A stretch of 64,000 nucleotides of DNA, from the NCBI GenBank assembly GCA_965214705.1, contig CBDCCI010000002.1, positions 2,336,001 to 2,400,000 on the forward strand. The letters are read 5' to 3'. Positions 46,968 through 57,653 of the stretch are shown in pieces. The position numbers and the translations under genes were made by a program. Within the stretch, counting starts at the first letter, position 1; each line of letters starts with the position of its first letter. The notes below the pieces were generated by a model. It made no database searches. It was not told the origin of the DNA and saw only the letters and a list, made by a program, of their open reading frames with translations. The DNA comes from Alphaproteobacteria bacterium (lineage in GTDB: Bacteria; Pseudomonadota; Alphaproteobacteria; UBA828).

Positions 46968-48290
46968 ATGGCGAACTCGAACCTGACGCTCGGCGAGCGT
47001 GACGACGCCGCGATCGCCGGCATTCAGAAGCTCCGCTTCAACCCGCTGGCGGCGCGCGGCGGGCACGGGTCGTACCTCACGGCCGACGACGGCCGCGCCA
47101 TCCTCGACCTCTCGGCTTCTGCGACGGCGGCGAGCCTCGGCTACGGCCATCCCGCCGTGATCGAGGCCGTGACTGAGGCGATGGCCGACATGGCAGGCGC
47201 GAGTCTGCTGATGTATCCGAACGAGTCGGCCGCAGCCCTCGCCGAGGTGCTGCTGGAGACGCTGCCTGGAGACACCGCGCGGCGCGTCTGGTACGGCCAC
47301 TCCGGCTCCGACGCCAACGACGCGGCCTCCCGTGTGCTTGAGGCGGCGACCGGCCGCCACCGCTTCATCTCCTTCATCGGCTCCTATCACGGCGGCGTCG
47401 CGGGCTCGATGAGCATCTCGGGCCACACGGCCATGACCCATACGCTGCCCCGGCCGGGCCTCGTGCTGCTGCCCTACCCCGACCCCTACCGGCCGCGCTT
47501 CAGCGCCGACGACGTGCTCGACATGCTGGATTACCAGTTCGAGACGACGTGCCCTCCTGAACAGGTGGCAGCCGTCTTCATCGAGCCGATCATGTCGGAC
47601 GGCGGCCTGATCGTGCCGCCCGCAGGCTTCCTCAAGGCCCTGGAGGAGCGCTGCCGGCGCCACGGCATCCTCACCGTCCTCGATGAGGTCAAGGTCGGCC
47701 TGGGCCGCTCGGGAGCGCTCCACGCCTTCAGCCACGAGGGGCTGGAGCCCGACATGGTCGTCCTCGGCAAGGGTCTCGGCGGCGGCCTGCCGCTGTCCGC
47801 GCTGATCGGCCCCGCTTCGATCATGGACCACCGCCCGGCCTTCGCGATCCAGACCACGGGCGGCAATCCGGTCTGCACCGCCGCCGGTCTCGCGGTGCTC
47901 CGCACCGTACTCGACGAGGATATTCCGAGCCGTGCGGAGCGCGTGGGCACGGCGCTGGCCGACGGTCTCAGGCGGCTCGCCGAGCGGCATGAGATGATCG
48001 GCGACGTGCGCGGGCGCGGTCTCGCCATCGGAGTCGACTTGGTGGAGAACCGGGAGAGCCGGACGCCCGTCCCCGCGACCACGACGGCCAAGGTGATCGT
48101 CCGCGCCTACGAGCTCGGCGCGAGCTTCATCTACGTCGGGCTGGAGGCGAACGTGTTGGAGATCACCCCGCCGCTCACCCTGAGCGATGCGGAGTGCGAG
48201 GAGGGCCTCGCCATCATCGACAAGGCGCTCGGCGATGTTGCCGCCGGGCTGGTCCCCGACGAAGCCGTCCAGGCCTACATGAACTGGTAA
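46968..48290 (+). CDS. Class III PLP enzyme; alpha-amino-epsilon-caprolactam (amino acid amide) racemase homolog
   Basis: QKLRF, AASLGYGHP, GHSGSDAN, EPIMSDGGLIVPP, DEVKVG and LGKGLGGGLPLSA follow Achromobacter obae ACL racemase, including the diagnostic Asp (SDGG) and Lys (DEVK). Confidence 0.82.
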   Translation: MANSNLTLGERDDAAIAGIQKLRFNPLAARGGHGSYLTADDGRAILDLSASATAASLGYGHPAVIEAVTEAMADMAGASLLMYPNESAAALAEVLLETLPGDTARRVWYGHSGSDANDAASRVLEAATGRHRFISFIGSYHGGVAGSMSISGHTAMTHTLPRPGLVLLPYPDPYRPRFSADDVLDMLDYQFETTCPPEQVAAVFIEPIMSDGGLIVPPAGFLKALEERCRRHGILTVLDEVKVGLGRSGALHAFSHEGLEPDMVVLGKGLGGGLPLSALIGPASIMDHRPAFAIQTTGGNPVCTAAGLAVLRTVLDEDIPSRAERVGTALADGLRRLAERHEMIGDVRGRGLAIGVDLVENRESRTPVPATTTAKVIVRAYELGASFIYVGLEANVLEITPPLTLSDAECEEGLAIIDKALGDVAAGLVPDEAVQAYMNW

Positions 48291-48302
48291 GGAGTTCCGC
48301 CG

Positions 48303-49292
48303 ATGCCCACCGCCTCCCGCCCCATGGGCGTCTTCATCCTCGGCGACGTCGCGCCCGCCGATATTGTGAGCCTGAGTCGGCAGGTGGAGCGTTGCGGCTT
48401 CTCCGACCTCTGGTTCGCCGAGGACTATTTCATGCTGTCGGGCTTCGCCAGCGCCGCGATGGCGCTCCAGGCCACTGAGTCAGTGGACGTGGGCATCGGC
48501 GCGGTCTCCAACCGGGCGCGTCATCCGGCTGTCACCGCCATGGAAGCCTCGACACTGGCGAATGCCTATCCGGGCCGCTTCACCCTCGGCATCGGCCATG
48601 GCGTGCCGTTCTGGGTTGCGCAAATGCATCTCACGCCGAAATCGGTGCTGGGCTCGATGCGCGAGGCGATCACCGGCGTGAAGCGCCTGTTCGCGGGCGA
48701 GACCCTCACGCAGGCGGGCGCCTACTACGGCTACGATGAGGTCTCGCTCACCCATCCCACGCCCGACCTTCAGGTGCTGGGCGCCGCCGTCGGGCCGAAG
48801 TCCGTCGATCTCTGCGCCGAGATTGCCGATGGGATGGTGCTCTCCGCGATGGCGGGCCCGCGCTACGTTGCGACCGTCCGGGAGCGGATTGCGAAGGTCC
48901 GGCGGGCGCGCGGGTTGCCGGAGGACTTCCAACTCGTCACCTATGCCATCACCAGCGTCGGCGAAGATCGTGCCGCCGCCCGCGCCAAGGTGCGCCCCTT
49001 GATCACCCTCTATCTTGGGGCCATGGGCCCGACGCTGATCACGGGCGTCTACGATGCCAACGACGCGCTCGTTGGATTGATCGACGAGGGAGGGGCAGCG
49101 GCGATCGAGGCGGGCATGCCGGACGACTGGCTGGACTGGCTCGCGGTCGCCGGCCGGCCGACCGACTGCCGCAGCGGCGTGGAGGCACTGTTCGACGCGG
49201 GCGCGACCAGGGTCGTGCTCTGCGTCGTGCCTTCCGAAGAGCTGCCGACGCAGCTGGAGATTCTGGGGAGCGAGGTGTTGCCGGGGATTTAG
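48303..49292 (+). CDS. LLM-class flavin/F420-dependent oxidoreductase
   Basis: GFSDLWFAED, RHPAVTAMEA, GRFTLGIG, AAVGPKS...EIADG. Confidence 0.85.
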   Translation: MPTASRPMGVFILGDVAPADIVSLSRQVERCGFSDLWFAEDYFMLSGFASAAMALQATESVDVGIGAVSNRARHPAVTAMEASTLANAYPGRFTLGIGHGVPFWVAQMHLTPKSVLGSMREAITGVKRLFAGETLTQAGAYYGYDEVSLTHPTPDLQVLGAAVGPKSVDLCAEIADGMVLSAMAGPRYVATVRERIAKVRRARGLPEDFQLVTYAITSVGEDRAAARAKVRPLITLYLGAMGPTLITGVYDANDALVGLIDEGGAAAIEAGMPDDWLDWLAVAGRPTDCRSGVEALFDAGATRVVLCVVPSEELPTQLEILGSEVLPGI

Positions 49293-49294
49293 AA

Positions 49295-49398
49295 CTTTGT
49301 CGCTCACGACAGCCGGCCTGCGGCCGGCGCCTCCGCGAGGGCGCCGCAGGAGCGGCGGGCCGCGGTCGCGGCCTGTCGCGAGTCCGTCAAAGACGGAC
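49295..49398. repeat. About 100-bp imperfect palindrome between convergent genes (terminator or REP-like)
   Basis: CTTTG..CTC.CGACAG pairs with CTGTCG.GAG..CAAAG; internal hairpins GCCGGCC/GGCCGGC and GTCCGTC/GACGGAC. Confidence 0.45.
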
Positions 49399-49403
49399 CC
49401 GCT

Positions 49404-50582
49404 CTAACCCGCGCCGTCGATCACCGCGAGCGTCGCCTCGACCCCCGCCCCCACGTCGGCCTTTCCGCCCAGCGACGCGACGGCGCCGCCGAGCGCGGTC
49501 ACGGCCACGGTCGCGAAGACCGGCCGCGCCACCGGCCCCATGTGGCCGATCCGCACCAGCTTGCCCAGCAGCGAGCCGCGGCCGGCGGAGAAGACCACGC
49601 CGTAGAGCCGGCGCGCCGCCTGCCGGATCGCGGCGTCCTCCAGCCCCTCCGGCACCCGCACCGTGGTCGCGGTATCGGCGCAGATGGCCTCGCGCACGGG
49701 CCAGAGGTCGAGACCCATGGCGCGCACGCCCGCGCGGCAGGCGCGCGCCGTCAGCGCGTGCCGCGCCCACACCGCCTCCGGTCCCTCGTCGAGATAGTTC
49801 TGCACCGCCGCGTCCAGCGCATGGACCTCGGAGACCGACGGCGTGTAGGGAAATAGTACATCCGCGCGCCAGGCATCCCGCCAGTCCTTGAGGCTCAGCA
49901 CGGAGTCCGTCGGCGCGGCGGGGTTGGCATCGATCTTCGCCCAGGCGCGCTCGCTGACGTGGACAATGGAAAGCCCAGTGCTGCCGCCGAGGCACTTGTT
50001 GGGGCCGGTCACGAAAATGTCGGCGTGGATGTCCTCGGGGTGAACGTCCATTCCGCCGAAGGAGGAGACTGCGTCCACGATGGTCAGCACGTCGTGATCG
50101 CGGCAGATCGCGCCGATCTCGCGCACGGGATTGACCGTGCCCGACGGCGTGTCGTGATGGCAGACGGAGAGGATTCGAATATCGGGCCGGGCCTTCAACA
50201 TGTCGCTGACCGCGTCCGGATCGATGGCGTCGTCGTAGGGCGCCACGATCTCGACCAGCTCCCGGCAATGGCGCGCGGCCCAGAATCCGAAGCCCTTGCC
50301 GTACTCGCCGGAGGCGAGGTTCAGCACCGCGTCGTCGGCGCCGATCAGGGCGGCAGCGGCGGCTTCGAGCCCGAGCACCGGCTCGCCCATCAGGATCACC
50401 GGCGGCAACGCGGTGCGCAGCGACTCGGCAGTCTTCAGGACCGTCGATTCATAAAAATTCTGGAATGAGGGGTCGAAGTCGTAGGTGACGGGCCGCGACA
50501 GCGCCCGCAGGACGACCGGATACGCGTCGACGGGCCCTGCGCTCAGCGTGATGACCGGGGGATCGTCGTCGACATTTCGCAT
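49404..50582 (-). CDS. ppaT: Pyridoxamine-pyruvate aminotransferase (class V)
   Basis: VITLSAGPV, GEPVLGLEAAAA, YGKGFG.WA, CHHDTPSGT, TGPNKCLG and RIGHMGP are co-linear with Mesorhizobium loti PPAT as recalled. Confidence 0.85.
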   Translation of the reverse strand: MRNVDDDPPVITLSAGPVDAYPVVLRALSRPVTYDFDPSFQNFYESTVLKTAESLRTALPPVILMGEPVLGLEAAAAALIGADDAVLNLASGEYGKGFGFWAARHCRELVEIVAPYDDAIDPDAVSDMLKARPDIRILSVCHHDTPSGTVNPVREIGAICRDHDVLTIVDAVSSFGGMDVHPEDIHADIFVTGPNKCLGGSTGLSIVHVSERAWAKIDANPAAPTDSVLSLKDWRDAWRADVLFPYTPSVSEVHALDAAVQNYLDEGPEAVWARHALTARACRAGVRAMGLDLWPVREAICADTATTVRVPEGLEDAAIRQAARRLYGVVFSAGRGSLLGKLVRIGHMGPVARPVFATVAVTALGGAVASLGGKADVGAGVEATLAVIDGAG

Positions 50583-50827
50583 TTTTGGGGCTGGCTCAAG
50601 GGCTTGGACGAGACCCTAGGATACATCGCCGGATCGCCTTCCCCAAGGCGGTGCATGGTGCAATTATAGGGCCCGAGGCTGGTCCAAATCGCGCTCACGC
50701 ACTCACGACGGCGGCCTATGACAGGTCGATTGACGCCCATGTCCTTTGTAGTACGGTTGTCATGTTGGTCTCGTGAGAATCGCGTCGCGCGACGGGCCGA
50801 ACGGTGACTCGACTGGGAGAGGGAGCC

Positions 50828-52741
50828 ATGCCGGAGACGCCGCATCTGGACCGCGTGAAGAGCCCCGAAGACCTGCGCAGCCTCTCGGTCAAGGAACTCA
50901 AGAAGGTTGCCGAGGAGCTTCGCGCCGAGACCGTCGACGCCGTCTCGGTGACCGGCGGCCATCTGGGCGCCGGGCTTGGCGTGGTCGAGCTGACGGTGGC
51001 CCTCCACCATGTATTTGACACCCCGCGCGACCGCCTGATTTGGGACGTGGGCCACCAGTCATACCCGCACAAGATCATCACCGGGCGGCGCGAACGCATC
51101 CGCACCATCCGCCAGCCGGGCGGGCTCTACGGCTTCACCAAGCGGACCGAGAGCGAGTACGACCCCTTCGGCGCGGCGCACTCGTCGACCTCCATCTCCG
51201 CCGGCCTCGGCATGGCGGTGGCGAGCGAGCTCACGGGCGAAGCGCGCAACGTCATCTGCGTCATCGGCGACGGTGCCATGTCCGGCGGCATGGCCTACGA
51301 GGCGATGAACAACGCGGGCTCGATGCCACCCCGCCTCATCGTCATCCTCAACGACAACGAGATGTCGATCGCGCCGGCGGTGGGCGCGCTCAACGCCTAC
51401 CTCTCGCGGCTGCTCTCCAGCCACCAGTTCCGCAGCCTGCGTGAGCTCGGCAAGCAGTGGGCGCGCAGACTGCCCAAGGCGATGGGCGATGCCGCGATGC
51501 GGGCCGAGGAGTATTCCCGCGGCATGGTCACCGGCGGCACCCTCTTCGAGGAGTTGGGCTTCTTCTACATCGGGCCGATCGACGGCCACAATCTCGACCA
51601 TCTAGTCCCGGTGCTGCGCAACGTGCGCAAGGACGAGACGCCGGGGCCCGTGCTGCTCCACGTCGTCACCAGCAAGGGCAAAGGCTACGAGCCCGCCGAG
51701 AACGCGCCGGACCGCGGCCACGCGCTCGGCAAGTTCGACGTGGTGACGGGCGAGCAGAAGAAGAGCAAGCCCAGGGCGCCGAGCTACACCGCCGTGTTCG
51801 CCCAGAGCCTGATCAAGGAGGCGGACCGCGACGAGAAGATCGTGGCGCTCACCGCCGCCATGCCGTCGGGCACCGGGCTCGACAAGTTCGCCAAGGCACA
51901 CCCCACGCGCTGCTTCGACGTGGGCATCGCGGAGCAGCACTGCGTCACCTTCGCGGCAGGGATGGCAACGGAGGGGCTCAGGCCTTTCGCCGCGATCTAT
52001 TCCACCTTCCTGCAGCGCGCCTATGACCAGATCGTGCACGACGTCGCGATTCAGAAACTGCCGGTCCGCTTCGCCATCGACCGCGCCGGCCTGGTCGGCG
52101 CCGACGGCCCCACGCACGCCGGCAGCTTCGACATCACCTATCTCGCGACTCTGCCGGGCTTCGTCGTCATGGCCGCGGCGGACGAGGCCGAGCTCGTCCA
52201 CATGGTGCACACGGCTGCGAAGCTCGACGACTGCCCGAGCGCCTTCCGCTATCCGCGCGGCGAGGGCGTGGGCGTGCCGCTGCCGGAGACGCCCAAGATG
52301 CTGGAGATCGGCAAGGGACGGATCGTCCGCGAGGGCACGGCCATTGCGATCCTCTCCCTCGGCGCCCGCCTGCATGAGGCCCTGGCTGCGGCCGACGAGC
52401 TGCAGACGCGTGGGCTCTCCACCACCGTCGCCGATGCCCGCTTCGCCAAGCCGCTGGACGAAGACCTGATCCGCCGGCTGGCGCGGGAGCACGAGGTGGT
52501 GATCACCATCGAGGAAGGCTCGATCGGCGGCTTCGGCGCGCATGTCATGCAGTTCCTGGCCACGGCAGGCTTCCTCGACTCCGGCCTCAAGATCCGGCCG
52601 ATGCTCCTGCCCGACCGCTTCGTGGCCCACGGGACGCCCGCCGGCATGTACGAGGACGCGGGCCTTACCGCAGGCGACATCGTCGACACCGCGCTCGGCG
52701 CTCTCGGCAGCAATTCGGCCACCCTGCCGCAACGCGCCTGA
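50828..52741 (+). CDS. dxs: 1-deoxy-D-xylulose-5-phosphate synthase
   Basis: [24 protein letters not shown]...[22 protein letters not shown]. Confidence 0.97.
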   Translation: MPETPHLDRVKSPEDLRSLSVKELKKVAEELRAETVDAVSVTGGHLGAGLGVVELTVALHHVFDTPRDRLIWDVGHQSYPHKIITGRRERIRTIRQPGGLYGFTKRTESEYDPFGAAHSSTSISAGLGMAVASELTGEARNVICVIGDGAMSGGMAYEAMNNAGSMPPRLIVILNDNEMSIAPAVGALNAYLSRLLSSHQFRSLRELGKQWARRLPKAMGDAAMRAEEYSRGMVTGGTLFEELGFFYIGPIDGHNLDHLVPVLRNVRKDETPGPVLLHVVTSKGKGYEPAENAPDRGHALGKFDVVTGEQKKSKPRAPSYTAVFAQSLIKEADRDEKIVALTAAMPSGTGLDKFAKAHPTRCFDVGIAEQHCVTFAAGMATEGLRPFAAIYSTFLQRAYDQIVHDVAIQKLPVRFAIDRAGLVGADGPTHAGSFDITYLATLPGFVVMAAADEAELVHMVHTAAKLDDCPSAFRYPRGEGVGVPLPETPKMLEIGKGRIVREGTAIAILSLGARLHEALAAADELQTRGLSTTVADARFAKPLDEDLIRRLAREHEVVITIEEGSIGGFGAHVMQFLATAGFLDSGLKIRPMLLPDRFVAHGTPAGMYEDAGLTAGDIVDTALGALGSNSATLPQRA

Positions 52742-52746
52742 CGCCC

Positions 52747-54738
52747 ATGGAGGTTGCGCGCGTCGGCCCGGACCGGCGGAGTGAAACCATCGTCCGCCAG
52801 CCGTCGGACAGTCAGGACGGCCCCGTTTCCTCCCCCGACATCGAGCAGGTCATCCAGGATGCCGCCGCCGGCCTGCGCGGCCTCCAGCACGACGACGGCC
52901 ACTGGCTGTTCGAGCTCGAGGCCGATGCGACCATCCCGGCGGAGTACGTCCTCCTCAACCACTTCCTCGACGAGCTCGATCCCGAGACCGAGGCACGTCT
53001 GGGCACCTACATCCGCAGCCGCCAGGCCGAACACGGAGGCTGGCCCCTCTTCCACGGCGGCGCGTTCGACATCAGCTGCACCGTCAAGGCCTACTACGCC
53101 CTCAAGCTGATCGGCGACGCCCCTGACGCCCCGCACATGATGCGCGCCCGCGAGGCCGTGCTCGCCGCCGGCGGCGCCGCGCGCTGCAACGTGTTCACGC
53201 GGATCACGCTCGCACTCTTCGGCCAGGTGCCGTGGCGCGCCGCGCCGGCGATGCCAGTGGAGATCATAAAGCTGCCGCGCTGGTTCCCCTTCCACCTGGA
53301 CAAGGTCTCCTACTGGTCGCGCACCACCATCGTGCCGCTCACGATCCTGCTCGCGCTCAAGCCTCGCGCCAAGAACCCGCGGGGCGTCGGCATCGCGGAG
53401 CTGTTCACGACCCCGCCGGAGCAGGAATGGCACTATTTCCCGAGGGAGACCCTCACGCAGTGGTCCTTCCTTACCCTCGACCGTGCGCTCACGGTCGGCG
53501 AGAAGGCGATACCGGGCAGGGTGCGCCGCCGCGCGATCGACAAGGCGCTCGACTGGTGCATGACGCGCCTCAACGGCGAGGACGGCCTGGGCGCGATCTT
53601 CCCGCCGATGGCCAACGTGGTCATGGCCTTCGATGCCCTGGGCTACGGGCGCGATCATCCGCCGCGCCGCACCGCCCGCCGCGCGCTCGACCTGCTGCTG
53701 ACCGAGCCGGTGAACGGCAGCCAATACTGCCAGCCTTGCGTCTCGCCGGTCTGGGACACGGGGCTCGCTGCGCTGAGCCTCATGGAGTGCGACGGTGAGC
53801 AGGACCGCCGCGCGGCGGACGATTCCCTCCCCTGGCTCGCCGACCTGCAGATCTGCGATCTCGCGGGCGACTGGGCCGCCATGCGGCCGGACGCCCTGCC
53901 GGGAGGCTGGGCCTTCCAGTACCGCAACGACCATTACCCCGACGTGGACGACACGGCGGTGGTGGCGATGGCGCTCCACCGCGCCGATCCCCAGGCGCAC
54001 CGCGAGGCGATCGAGCGGGCGGCCGCGTGGATCATCGCCATGCAGAACGAGAACGGCGGCTGGGGCTCCTTCGACGCCGAGAACGAGCACTACGCGCTCA
54101 ACCACATTCCCTTCGCCGACCACGGCGCCCTGCTCGACCCCGCGACCGCCGATGTCAGCGCGCGCTGCGTGAGCTTCCTCTGTCAGATCGGCTATTCGCG
54201 CGAGCACGAGACCGTCGCCAAGGGGCTCGCCTATCTCCTCGCGGAGCAGGAGGAGAACGGCTCCTGGTTCGGCCGCTGGGGCACCAACTACATCTACGGC
54301 ACCTGGTCGGTGCTCTGCGCCCTGAACGCCGCCGGCGAAGACCCGGCCTCGCCCGCCGTCCGCAAGGCGGTCGCCTGGCTCGAAGCCAAGCAGCGCGCCG
54401 ATGGCGGCTGGGGCGAGACCGGCGACAGCTACTATGCCGAGCGCATCGAGACCGCGTTCGACGTGGTCTCGACCCCGTCGCAGACCGCGTGGGCGCTGCT
54501 CGCGCTCATGGCTGCGGGCGAAGTGCGGAGCGACGCGGTGCAGCGCGGCATCGACTATCTCTGCGGCGCCGAGCGCGAGGGGGCGAAGTGGCTGGAGGAC
54601 GACTACACCGCGGTCGGCTTCCCCCGCGTCTTCTACCTCCGCTATCACGGCTACAGCGCCTACTTCCCGCTGTGGGCACTGGCGCGCTACCGCTCGCTCA
54701 CGCGCGGCAACGACCACCGCCCGCGCTACGGCATGTAG
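52747..54738 (+). CDS. shc: Squalene-hopene cyclase
   Basis: Catalytic DVDD motif (YPDVDDTA), QW repeats, SPVWDT, GFPRVFYLRY. Confidence 0.96.
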   Translation: MEVARVGPDRRSETIVRQPSDSQDGPVSSPDIEQVIQDAAAGLRGLQHDDGHWLFELEADATIPAEYVLLNHFLDELDPETEARLGTYIRSRQAEHGGWPLFHGGAFDISCTVKAYYALKLIGDAPDAPHMMRAREAVLAAGGAARCNVFTRITLALFGQVPWRAAPAMPVEIIKLPRWFPFHLDKVSYWSRTTIVPLTILLALKPRAKNPRGVGIAELFTTPPEQEWHYFPRETLTQWSFLTLDRALTVGEKAIPGRVRRRAIDKALDWCMTRLNGEDGLGAIFPPMANVVMAFDALGYGRDHPPRRTARRALDLLLTEPVNGSQYCQPCVSPVWDTGLAALSLMECDGEQDRRAADDSLPWLADLQICDLAGDWAAMRPDALPGGWAFQYRNDHYPDVDDTAVVAMALHRADPQAHREAIERAAAWIIAMQNENGGWGSFDAENEHYALNHIPFADHGALLDPATADVSARCVSFLCQIGYSREHETVAKGLAYLLAEQEENGSWFGRWGTNYIYGTWSVLCALNAAGEDPASPAVRKAVAWLEAKQRADGGWGETGDSYYAERIETAFDVVSTPSQTAWALLALMAAGEVRSDAVQRGIDYLCGAEREGAKWLEDDYTAVGFPRVFYLRYHGYSAYFPLWALARYRSLTRGNDHRPRYGM

Positions 54739-54761
54739 CAACCCAGACGACCGGGCACGCC

Positions 54762-55544
54762 ATGGCTGACCGGTCCCGCATTGGCATCGTCACGGGCCTC
54801 GTGGCGGAGGCCGCGACCCTGCCCAAGGACGATTTCCGGATCGCGGTCTCGGCGGCCGACCCCGCGCGCGCGGCACAGGCGGCCGGTGCGATGGTCGCGG
54901 GCGGCGTGCGGCTGCTGGTGAGCTACGGCCTCGCCGCCGGGATCGATCCGCGCCTCGGCCCCGGCACTCTGCTTCTGCCTGAGTCGGTGATTGCCCACGA
55001 GGGGGAGGTCGAGGCGCCCGACCGCGGCGGCGTGCGCGACCAGCTCCAGCGGATGACCTCCTTCAGGCGAGAGGAGGGGCGAGGCCCGCCGGAGCCGCCG
55101 CCGGAGGAGGACTACCTGCCGGTGGATGCAACCTTGCGCGAGGTACTTTCCCAGGGTCTCGGGGAACGCGCCGAAGGCGGTGCGCTCGCCGGCGTGGACC
55201 ACCCGTTGACGTACGGCGACCAGAAGCTCTCGCTCTTCGCGCAGACTCGCGCCAGGGCCGCGGACATGGAGAGCCACGTCGTCGCCCGCGCTGCGGCGGC
55301 GGCTGGCGTGCCCTTCGTCGTGATCCGCGTCGTCAGCGACCCGAGCAACCGAGCGCTTCCGCGAGCGGCCATCGTCGGGGTCACCGAGGACGGGCGCATC
55401 AGCGGCGGAGCGGTCGCGGGCGCGCTGCTGCGGCGCCCGTGGGAATGCATGGATATGCTGACGCTCGCGCTCGACGGAGCGCAGGCGATGCGCCGGCTAC
55501 GCCGCGTTGGTCGCCGGTTGGCGCCCCTTCTCGCGAGCCTGTGA
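54762..55544 (+). CDS. hpnG: Hopanoid-associated nucleoside phosphorylase
   Basis: IVTGLVAEA, SYGLAAGIDP, ADMESH, IRVVSD; directly after shc. Confidence 0.85.
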   Translation: MADRSRIGIVTGLVAEAATLPKDDFRIAVSAADPARAAQAAGAMVAGGVRLLVSYGLAAGIDPRLGPGTLLLPESVIAHEGEVEAPDRGGVRDQLQRMTSFRREEGRGPPEPPPEEDYLPVDATLREVLSQGLGERAEGGALAGVDHPLTYGDQKLSLFAQTRARAADMESHVVARAAAAAGVPFVVIRVVSDPSNRALPRAAIVGVTEDGRISGGAVAGALLRRPWECMDMLTLALDGAQAMRRLRRVGRRLAPLLASL

Positions 55545-56669
55545 GGCTGCCTCTTCGGCCAGGCGTATCTCGCGCAGCTTATCCTGCACGTGCCGGTCGA
55601 ACATGTACTGGGCGGGGCGGGCCTTGGTCAGGTCGATCTCCGGCACCATCGGCCCGGTCGTCCTGATCCCGCGCAGCTTGACCATCAGCGCCGCCCAGGG
55701 CCGCGACAAGGAGTGCTCCGCCGCCGTCGGCTCGTAGCCGCAGTGGACCATGCAGTCCGCACACTTCTCGTAGCGGCCAGTGCCGTAGGAGTCCCAGTCG
55801 GTCTCCTCCATCAGCGCGCGGAAGCTCTCGGTATAGCCTTCGCCGATCAGGTAGCAGGGCTTTTGCCAGCCGAAGACGTTGCGGGTCGGGTTGCCCCAGG
55901 GCGTGCATTGGAAATCCTGGTTGCCGGCCAGGAAGTCCAGGAACAGGCTCGACTGGCTGAAGCGCCACTTCTTGCCCGCGCCGCGCGCGAAGATGTCGCG
56001 GAACAGCGCCTTGGTCTTGCTGCGGTTGAGGAAGTGCTGCTGGTCGGGCGCCCGCTCGTAGGAATAGCCGGGCGAGACCGTGATCGCCTCCACGCCCAGC
56101 TCGTCCGTCGCGAAGTCGAAGAATTCCGCAAGCCGCTCCGCCGGGTGGCCGTCAAAGACGGTGGCGTTGACGTTGACCCGGAAGCCCCGGCTGCGCGCCT
56201 CCTTGATCGCCGCCACGGCGCGCTTGAACGTACCGGGCTGATCGACCGCGTGGTCGTGCTCCTCCTCCAGCCCGTCGAGGTGGACCGAGAAGGTCAGGTA
56301 CTTGGTCGGCGTGAAGAGATCGAGCTTCTTCTTGAGCAGCAGCGCGTTCGTGCAGAGATAGACGAATTTCTTGCGCGCGATGATTTCGGAGACGATCTCG
56401 CCGATCTCGGGATGGATCAGCGGCTCGCCGCCGGGGATCGAGACCATCGGCGCACCGCACTCGTCCACCGCCTGCAGGCACTCGTCCAGGCTCAGGCGCT
56501 GGTTCAGGATTTCGGGCGGGTAGTCGATCTTGCCGCAGCCGGGGCACGCGAGGTTGCAGCGGAACAGCGGTTCCAGCATGAGCACGAGCGGATAGCGCTT
56601 CTCGCCCGCGAGCTTCTTGCCGACGATGTAGGCGCCGACGCGAATCTTCTGGATCAGCGGGACGGACAT
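55497..56669 (-). CDS. hpnH: Adenosyl-hopene transferase (radical SAM)
   Basis: LMLEPLFRCNLACPGCGKI, SPGYSYERAPDQ, CTPWG, CADCMVHCG. Confidence 0.95.
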   Translation of the reverse strand: MSVPLIQKIRVGAYIVGKKLAGEKRYPLVLMLEPLFRCNLACPGCGKIDYPPEILNQRLSLDECLQAVDECGAPMVSIPGGEPLIHPEIGEIVSEIIARKKFVYLCTNALLLKKKLDLFTPTKYLTFSVHLDGLEEEHDHAVDQPGTFKRAVAAIKEARSRGFRVNVNATVFDGHPAERLAEFFDFATDELGVEAITVSPGYSYERAPDQQHFLNRSKTKALFRDIFARGAGKKWRFSQSSLFLDFLAGNQDFQCTPWGNPTRNVFGWQKPCYLIGEGYTESFRALMEETDWDSYGTGRYEKCADCMVHCGYEPTAAEHSLSRPWAALMVKLRGIRTTGPMVPEIDLTKARPAQYMFDRHVQDKLREIRLAEEAASQAREKGRQPATNAA

Positions 56670-56675
56670 GAGCCC

Positions 56676-57653
56676 CTACTCGGCAGGCGCCGCACCGGCG
56701 GCCGGCTCCTGCGCCTTGCCGTTGCCGCTCGCCTCGACCAGCTCGGCCGGCAGCTTGAAGCGCACCCGCTCCTTGATCCCGTCCTGGATCTGCAGCTCGA
56801 CCGCGTTGATCTCGCGCAGCCGGGCGACCAGGTCCTGCACCAGCTCTTCCGGCGCCGACGCGCCGGCGGTCACGCCCACGCGGCGCACGCCGTCGAACCA
56901 CGTCGGGTCGAGGTCGCGAGCGTCGTCGATCAGGTGGGTCGGCACGCCCATCTCCTCGCCGATCTCGCGCAGGCGGTTGGAGTTGGAGCTGTTGCGCGCG
57001 CCCACGACGAGGATCAGCTCCACGTCTTCCGCCAGCTTGCGCACCGAAGCCTGGCGGTTCTGCGTCGCGTAGCAGATGTCCTTCACGTCGGGGCCGGAGA
57101 TGCTGGGGAAGCGCGAGGTCAGCGCTTCGATCACGTCGCGCGTGTCGTCGACGCTGAGCGTGGTCTGGGTGACGTAGGCCACCTTGTCCGGGTTGGCCAC
57201 CTCCAGCTTGGCCACGTCGTCGGGCGTGGCGACGATATGCACCCCGTTCTTCACGCGGCCGCTGGTACCCTCGACCTCGGGATGTCCGTCGTGGCCGATC
57301 AGGATGATCTCGCGGCCCTCGCGCTCGTAGCGCCTGGCCTCAATGTGCACCTTGGCGACCAGCGGGCAGGTGGCGTCGATCACCGGCAGGTTCCGACCCG
57401 CGGCCTCGCTCTCCACCTTCTCCGAGACGCCGTGGGCGCTGAAGATGGTGACCGCGCCCTCGGGCACCTCGTCGATCTCCTCGACGAAGACCGCGCCCTT
57501 CTTGCGCAGGTCGTCCACCACCCGCTTGTTGTGCACGATTTCGTGGCGGACGTAGACCGGCGGGCCGAATACTTCGAGCGCCCGCTCGACGATCTCGATT
57601 GCCCGCTCGACGCCTGCGCAGAAGCCTCGGGGCTCCGCCAGGATGACCTGCAT
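56676..57653 (-). CDS. ispH: 4-hydroxy-3-methylbut-2-enyl diphosphate reductase
   Basis: [43 protein letters not shown]. Confidence 0.96.
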   Translation of the reverse strand: MQVILAEPRGFCAGVERAIEIVERALEVFGPPVYVRHEIVHNKRVVDDLRKKGAVFVEEIDEVPEGAVTIFSAHGVSEKVESEAAGRNLPVIDATCPLVAKVHIEARRYEREGREIILIGHDGHPEVEGTSGRVKNGVHIVATPDDVAKLEVANPDKVAYVTQTTLSVDDTRDVIEALTSRFPSISGPDVKDICYATQNRQASVRKLAEDVELILVVGARNSSNSNRLREIGEEMGVPTHLIDDARDLDPTWFDGVRRVGVTAGASAPEELVQDLVARLREINAVELQIQDGIKERVRFKLPAELVEASGNGKAQEPAAGAAPAE

